Shown here: positions 58,854 through 64,000 of the stretch, piece by piece
Position numbering within the stretch: position 1 is the stretch's first letter
Layout: each line of letters begins with the position of its first letter
Origin: Scenedesmus sp. PABB004
Taxonomy: Eukaryota
DNA length: 64,000 nt
Reading direction: 5' to 3'
Assembly (NCBI GenBank): GCA_014905635.1
Contig: JABVCE010000018.1
Coordinates: 682,001 to 746,000, forward strand
Made by a program: the position numbers and the translations under genes
Notes under the pieces: generated by a model
The model's database searches: none
Told to the model about the DNA's origin: nothing
What the model saw: only the letters and a program-made list of their open reading frames with translations

Positions 58854-59861
58854 TCAGGGGCCGCTCACGCCGGGGATGGTGCCGCTGGAGCTGGCGGCCA
58901 GGAAGGCAAAGCCCAGCGCGTGGCCGAGCGCGCCCCACGCAAAGGTGTCGATCAGCGTGAAGCCTGGCCGGGGCGGCGGCGGCGGCGGCGGCACGCGGGG
59001 CGGCGGGCGGCGGGCGGCGGGCGTCAGCTGCTGCACCAGCAGCTGCGCCTGCGGCTGCTGCTGTTGCTGCCGCTGCTGCTGTGCCAGCGGCCGCCGTGGC
59101 CGTGGCCGGGGTGCGCAGCCAGGCGGCGCCCACGCGCACCGGCCGGGTCGTTTGTGGTGGTGATGAAGCTGGCCTCCTGCTGCAGGCTGTCGAAGTAGGT
59201 GCTGCCTGCGGCGCGGCGCGGGCAGAGGGGCCGGGTCGGAGGGGGCCGCGACGGGCCGCGCCGACGCTGCTCGGCGCGCCGCGCTGCGGCCGCTGCCTGC
59301 TGCGTGCCGGCCGCGGGCACGTTCCACAGCCGCGCCGCTCTCGCCGGCATGCGGACGCACCGGTGGTCTTGGGGCCGGCCGTGGCGGCGGAGCGCTCCAG
59401 GTCGCGGCGGTGCAGGGGCAGGAAGGCGAAGCGGCCGACCGCCAGCATCGTGGCGGTGCCGGCGCACACCTGCGCGGCCGCGGGCGGGCGGGAGGCAGGT
59501 ACATGAAGCACCTGGCACGCCTGCACCGGCGCGGCTGCGCCGCGCCGCGCGGCGCGGTGGGCCGCCAAGTCGGGCGCACGCCGCTGGCGCGCCGCCGCGC
59601 GGCGCAGCAGCTGCTGCCCTGCCCCGCGCGAGCCCGGCGTGGCCCTGGCTGCTGGCAACACGGGCCCACGGCAATGGGCGCCCGCGGGCGGCGGAAACGC
59701 TCGAGCCAGCGCGGCGATCCGAGCGAACGCGAGGCCCGCACCTGGAGATAAGGCTCCAGGCCAGCCCGGCATGCCACGCGGGTGGTGCGGGACGGCCGGG
59801 CGGCCTTCACCGGCGCCGCGGCGGCGCGCATGGCGCAGGGCTTGCTGAGGGTGGCCTGCAT
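58854..59861 (-). CDS. PSAG: Photosystem I subunit G (nuclear-encoded, with transit peptide)
   Basis: LAVGRFAFL..GPKTTGSTYFD..TNDPAGF.LID..WGALGHALGF, which closely matches chlorophyte PsaG. Confidence 0.93.
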   Translation of the reverse strand: MQATLSKPCAMRAAAAPVKAARPSRTTRVACRAGLEPYLQVRASRSLGSPRWLERFRRPRAPIAVGPCCQQPGPRRARAGQGSSCCAARRRASGVRPTWRPTAPRGAAQPRRCRRARCFMYLPPARPRPRRCAPAPPRCWRSAASPSCPCTAATWSAPPPRPAPRPPVRPHAGESGAAVERARGRHAAGSGRSAARRAASARPVAAPSDPAPLPAPRRRQHLLRQPAAGGQLHHHHKRPGRCAWAPPGCAPRPRPRRPLAQQQRQQQQQPQAQLLVQQLTPAARRPPPRVPPPPPPPRPGFTLIDTFAWGALGHALGFAFLAASSSGTIPGVSGP

Positions 59862-60059
59862 GATGATGCTGGCGCGGGTCGAGCTGGGCGCTGGCGGGGG
59901 GCGGCGCTGGGCTGCACGGATGCTGCTGGGGCGCAGACACGAGGCGCTCGGCAGGGCGCGGGCGCCAAACGCGCACCGCGAGATCCGCGAAAGTTACACG
60001 CCCAGTCAGTTCGTGCCGATTGAGCAGCGCCTCGGCGCCGGGTGCGCGCAACCCTGCCT

Positions 60060-63000
60060 CGTCCCAAACTCGGCGATTTTGGCCGAGTTTCACGTTCGCG
60101 AATCACGGCGCGCGCCGCCGTGTTTCCCTGAATCTCGGCAATCCCCGCCGCGTTTCGTGGCCTGCCGGCGCGCCTGCAGCGCCGGCCGCGGCCCCGAATC
60201 GGCGCCCCGCGCGCCCCCGCGCTGCACAGCGTCAGCGGCGGGCCCTCCCGACGCAAAGTCGTCCCCGCCGCCCGGAGAGCGGCAGCCCGCGCCCCCTGCG
60301 CCTCTGGGCGGCCGCAGCAGCAGCCCGGATCAGCTGGAATCAGCGCCCCGGCCCTCCCGCGCGCCGCCCGCGCTGCACAGCGTCAGCGGCGGGCCCTCCC
60401 GACGCAATGTCGTCCCCGCCGCCCGGAGAGCGGCAGCCCGCGCCCCCTGCGCCTCTGCGCCGCATAGCAGCGGCAGCAGCGGCGGCAGCAGTTGCGGCAG
60501 CAGCTCGGGCAGGAGCTCGGGCGCCCGCAGTGGACAAGGACGTCATCAGCAAGGAACAACTAGCTGTGTGTCGAGAGTTCACAGCAGCCACCCTCGCAGG
60601 GACCTTCCGCCCCCTGCCAGCCTTTGAGAGCGCCGACGCAGCCAGGCATCGCGCCGTCGTTGAGGAGCTGGAGCGGCACCGGCAGGGACGCGAGGCGTAC
60701 CTCAAGGCCCTCAAGGCGATGCCGAGGCTTCCGAGACGCGGCGGCGGCAAGATCAGCAGCATGGGCGTCGTCAAGCGGGGCCCCCGCGCCGGCCGCGGCA
60801 AGGCCGGGGGCCCTAGAGCTAGGCGTGCTGTGGGCCCGGCCCCCGACAGCGCTGTTGCCAACGACATGGCGGTCGACTGGGACGACGAGCGCCCTGCAGA
60901 GCCGGAGGGCGGCGGCTCAGCTGCGGAGCTCGCGGCGCTCCTCGTGGCGTGGCATGCAGCCGGCCAGCTGCTTGACCGCTGCCCACAGCCGCAGCAGTCG
61001 GAGTGGGGGCGCCGCGTGGGGCAGCTGCTCTGCGATTGGGCGGCGCGGGCAGCGGCCTTCGCCCTCGCCATGCTGCGGCGGCAGGCCGCGCCACCTGCCG
61101 ACGCCAAGTGCGCCACAGAGCTGTGTGTTCAGCCCGCCACCACCAGGTGCGGCGGAGCGTGGGCGGCCACGCTGCGCGGGCGGGCGTGCCGGCCGCCGCT
61201 GCCCACACGCCGCGCCGCCCTCGCAGGTGCTTCTCGTGCGCGGCCAGCGGCAGGCCCCTATGCGCTGGCTGTGACGAGAGCCTGCACCGTGGCGTGCACA
61301 AGCACCGGCGGCAGCAGTTTGACCGAGAGCTCGCTAGCTGGAGGGACCTGGAGCAGGCGGCCGGCGAGAGCGCAGGTGCGGCGCGGCGTTCGGCGGCGCT
61401 GCGCGGCGCTGCGGCGGCGGCGGCGGCCGGACGACGCGGGGCGCCGCCGCCGCCCCCCCCCCCCCCCCCCCCCCGCCGTGCCTTCACAGAGCGAGTCTTG
61501 GACGTGCTGCCCAGCCGCTGCACCACGCCCGGCTGCTGCGGGAGCTTTGACCGGGCCAACCTCACGGAGACCCGGGAGCTGCACCTCCTCACCCTGTGTG
61601 CGTGCGGACGGAGAGCGCGCGCAGCCGCGCAGCGCCGCGTGGCGTGGCGTGCTACCCACCGCGCGCCCTGCCCGCCCCGCACGCAGACGGCACCGTCAAG
61701 GCGAGCCGCGGCGGCTTCGAGTGCGGCAAGTGCTGCGCAGTGGTGTTTCAGGCCGCGGAGGACTTCATCGCCGTCGGCGCATGGCCCTCGACGGTGAAAG
61801 ACCCGCACACGATCGTGGACGAGCTGCTGCTGGAGGTGTATGACGCGATCAGGCTGTTCTGCCCGAGCCTGAGCAAGAGCGCGTTCCTCAAGGCCCTGAC
61901 CCACATGGCTCGCAAAATGCAGCCCATGCTGGTGCGTGGCCTGGGCGCGGCGCGGCGGCCACATGGGCGGCGCGCGCGGCGCGGCGGGCGTGGCGGTGCC
62001 TGGGCGCGGGGCCCGCCCGCAGTGCTGCCTGGCTGACTGTTTGGTCCTCGCCGCGCGCGCGCAGATCCTGCCTGACATCAACGTGAACGCCTTCAAGAAC
62101 GCTTTCGACTCGTGGAAACACGCCCAGGAGGACGTGCGGCGCGGCGTGCAGGGCGTCGACGATGCCCAGTGCCCGGCGTGCGCCCCCCGCTACGGCGAGA
62201 GCGCAGAGGTCCACGCGCACGGGGATGGCAACATCAAGCTCTCCACCTACCAGCGCAAGCGCGAGCCCGACCGACCCTTCCACTACGTCGGCGGCATGTT
62301 CATGCCTGACGCCCGCGTGCAGCTCACGCTGCGGGTGGTGCAGGACCTCGTCGGCCGCCGCGTCCGCATGGTGCGGCCGCGCCCGGGGCTCGGCGGCGCG
62401 CCGGCGCTGCGCCGCCTCGCGCCCACGTTGCCCGTCTGCGTGGCCGCCGCGCAGCCGAAAGGCAACACATGCGGCGGAGAGTGGGAGGCCGCGTCAAACA
62501 AGTCGAGGTCGCGCGCTGTCCTGGACATCACTGGTCGCTTCTTTGGTGAGAGGGCGGTGGGCGCGCGCGCGGGGGGGAGGGGGTGGGAGGGGGGGGCACG
62601 CATGCAGGCCGCACCTGCGGCCCGGTGCGCACACGCTCGCCCCCGCCTCGTGCCCGCCTGCGTGCTTCACCCTGCAGCGGTCTGCCGCCACTGCATCCCC
62701 GTCGCCGCCGCCAACATGATCAACACCGGCGAGCGCTTCGAGTACCTCCTGCACCTTGCGGCTTCCTCCCTGCTCCCTCGCGGCCTCGTGCAGCTGCACG
62801 GGGATGTGATGTGCAAATGGAGGAAGTGGGCGCCCGAGGTGCTTACGAAGCTGACCACGCGCCTGCAGCTGGACGGGGACGTGACGCCAGCGGACGCCGA
62901 CGCGCTGGCCGAGTGCGAGCGGGTCGCGACATGCGGCGCCAAGGCCGCAGCCGCGGCGGCGGAGGCCCCTCGCGGCACGCTCGTAGCGCACGCAGCAGCT

Positions 63001-64000
63001 CTGGTCGCGGTCCTGGCAGCCCTCAAGGGCGTGCGCATGGTGATGTCGCAGATGCACGGCGCCACGCACTCTGACTCTTGCCAGGTGCTCAACATGCCCG
63101 GCATGCACCCCGGCTGCGCCATGACCGTGGGCGAGGAGGCGGAGCAGTTCTTCGCCTACCTGTCACTGTGGCGCTTCATCACGCGCAACCAGAGCGCCGC
63201 AGGTGCGCTGCCGGGCGGGCCCGCGCGCCTGAGCGCCGCGGCGGCAGCTCGCGCGCGCGCGCGTGCGCACACCGCTGACCGCGCCGGCGGCCGCCGCTCG
63301 CGCAGGCTCCACCAACACCTTGCACGAGGCGTCCGTCCACTGGAGCCGTGTCAAGATCTGGGGCCAGGCCGAGCAGCTGAGCGGCCGCCTGACGAAGGCT
63401 GAGGCTGCCCGGGTGGTGGCCGCCGCTGAGCTGGCGCGGCTGCTGGACACGCTGGACGAGCGCGAGGTTTTGGACGCGTTCGCGGCGCAGGGGGTCGAGC
63501 CGGCGAGTCGGCCAAAGCAACAGTTCATCCAGCTGCTTCGCGAGGCGCTGCACGCCAAGGCGAAAGGTGTGTTTGCGTGCGCGGCACCCTCGCACGCTCG
63601 CTGGCTGGCGCGCGCCGCCTCCTCCTCAACCCTGCCGCCGCCGCCCCGCAGCCGAGGACAACAACAAGACCCTGAAGGAGCAGCTGGCGCTCATCGAGAC
63701 GTTTGCCGAGGCTGTGCGCCAGCGCGACGCTGCCATAATTGCGAGCCAGGGCGATGCCCCGTCGTCGCCGCTCCTGGCGCACGCCCAGAGCGTGCTCGCC
63801 GGCGCGGTGGAGGCCCCCCGCACGCCCCCCCAGCTCGTCGACAAAGACGAACACGAGCAGCGGTATGACGCCGCCGTGGACTACATTGACAACAACCTCA
63901 AGCCCACCGTGAGGGCCTTTGTGGTCGCCACGCAGCTGCAGCTGGAGGGCCACGCCCAGCAGCTGCAGAAGCTGTCCGCCAAGATCGAGGCTGCAGGTGC
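60060..64000 (+). mobile_element. Kyakuja-Dileera-Zisupton (KDZ) DNA transposon, left part; transposase CDS from ~60407 runs off the window end
   Basis: B-box-like CFSC..LCAGCD..H..H.H; CxC-like domain (LPSRC..C..ECGKC..GAWP); KDZ motifs GDGNIKL (62221), VCRH, MINTGERFEY, HGDVMC, MHGATH..CQ and GEEAEQFFAYLS. Intron-containing. The left boundary is approximate. Confidence 0.85.
60196..60456 (+). repeat. ~110-bp tandem direct repeat (2 copies) at the 5' end of the KDZ element
   Basis: 60196-60306 matches 60337-60456. Copy 2 has CAATG where copy 1 has CAAAG. Confidence 0.88.

Noticed and set aside
58854..59861. PsaK as an alternative call
   Set aside because: The GPKTTG.TYFD loop and WGALGH motif are characteristic of PsaG.
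1..64000. Hundreds of long overlapping Arg/Ala/Pro-rich ORFs on all frames
   Set aside because: Expected from stop-codon scarcity at very high GC. Only spliced exons with recognisable motifs were accepted.

Overview
Very GC-rich (roughly 75-80% by eye), intron-rich nuclear DNA from a chlorophyte green alga. The evidence is a nuclear PsaG, short spliceosomal introns with GTGCGC/GCGCGC donors, CTGAC/CTCAC branch points and TGTAA signals. The long GC-driven ORFs in the track are mostly artefacts, so I rebuilt the genes from spliced exons. Apparently intact genes: a RAD51B-like paralog, tRNA-Pro(UGG), two large Pmp/beta-helix multi-TM surface proteins, a secreted Cys-repeat beta-propeller-like protein, DENND6, a SAND/ePHD chromatin protein, a FaAP-like protein, UAP1, SCP2, MDP1-like, TMEM14/FAX-like, DUF642-like, an M23 peptidase and PsaG. 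A KDZ (Kyakuja-Dileera-Zisupton) transposase runs off the right edge. Main observations: (1) a nearly intronless gene just downstream of the tRNA that appears to fuse a ParB/DGxHR-like motif, serine-recombinase (resolvase) motifs, a Cys-rich module and an NLS, which is a candidate new eukaryotic recombinase element; (2) unusually frequent GC-AG introns; (3) an inverted ~300-bp duplicate of the UAP1 5' end fused in frame to DENND6; (4) short retroelement 3' ends, one with a clean 5-bp TSD inside an RCC1 repeat; (5) many truncated genes (OGFOD1, CSN5, HESO1-like, GST, RCC1); (6) a bacterial-type secreted M23 peptidase that has acquired introns. All assignments come from motif recognition by eye; no searches were run.
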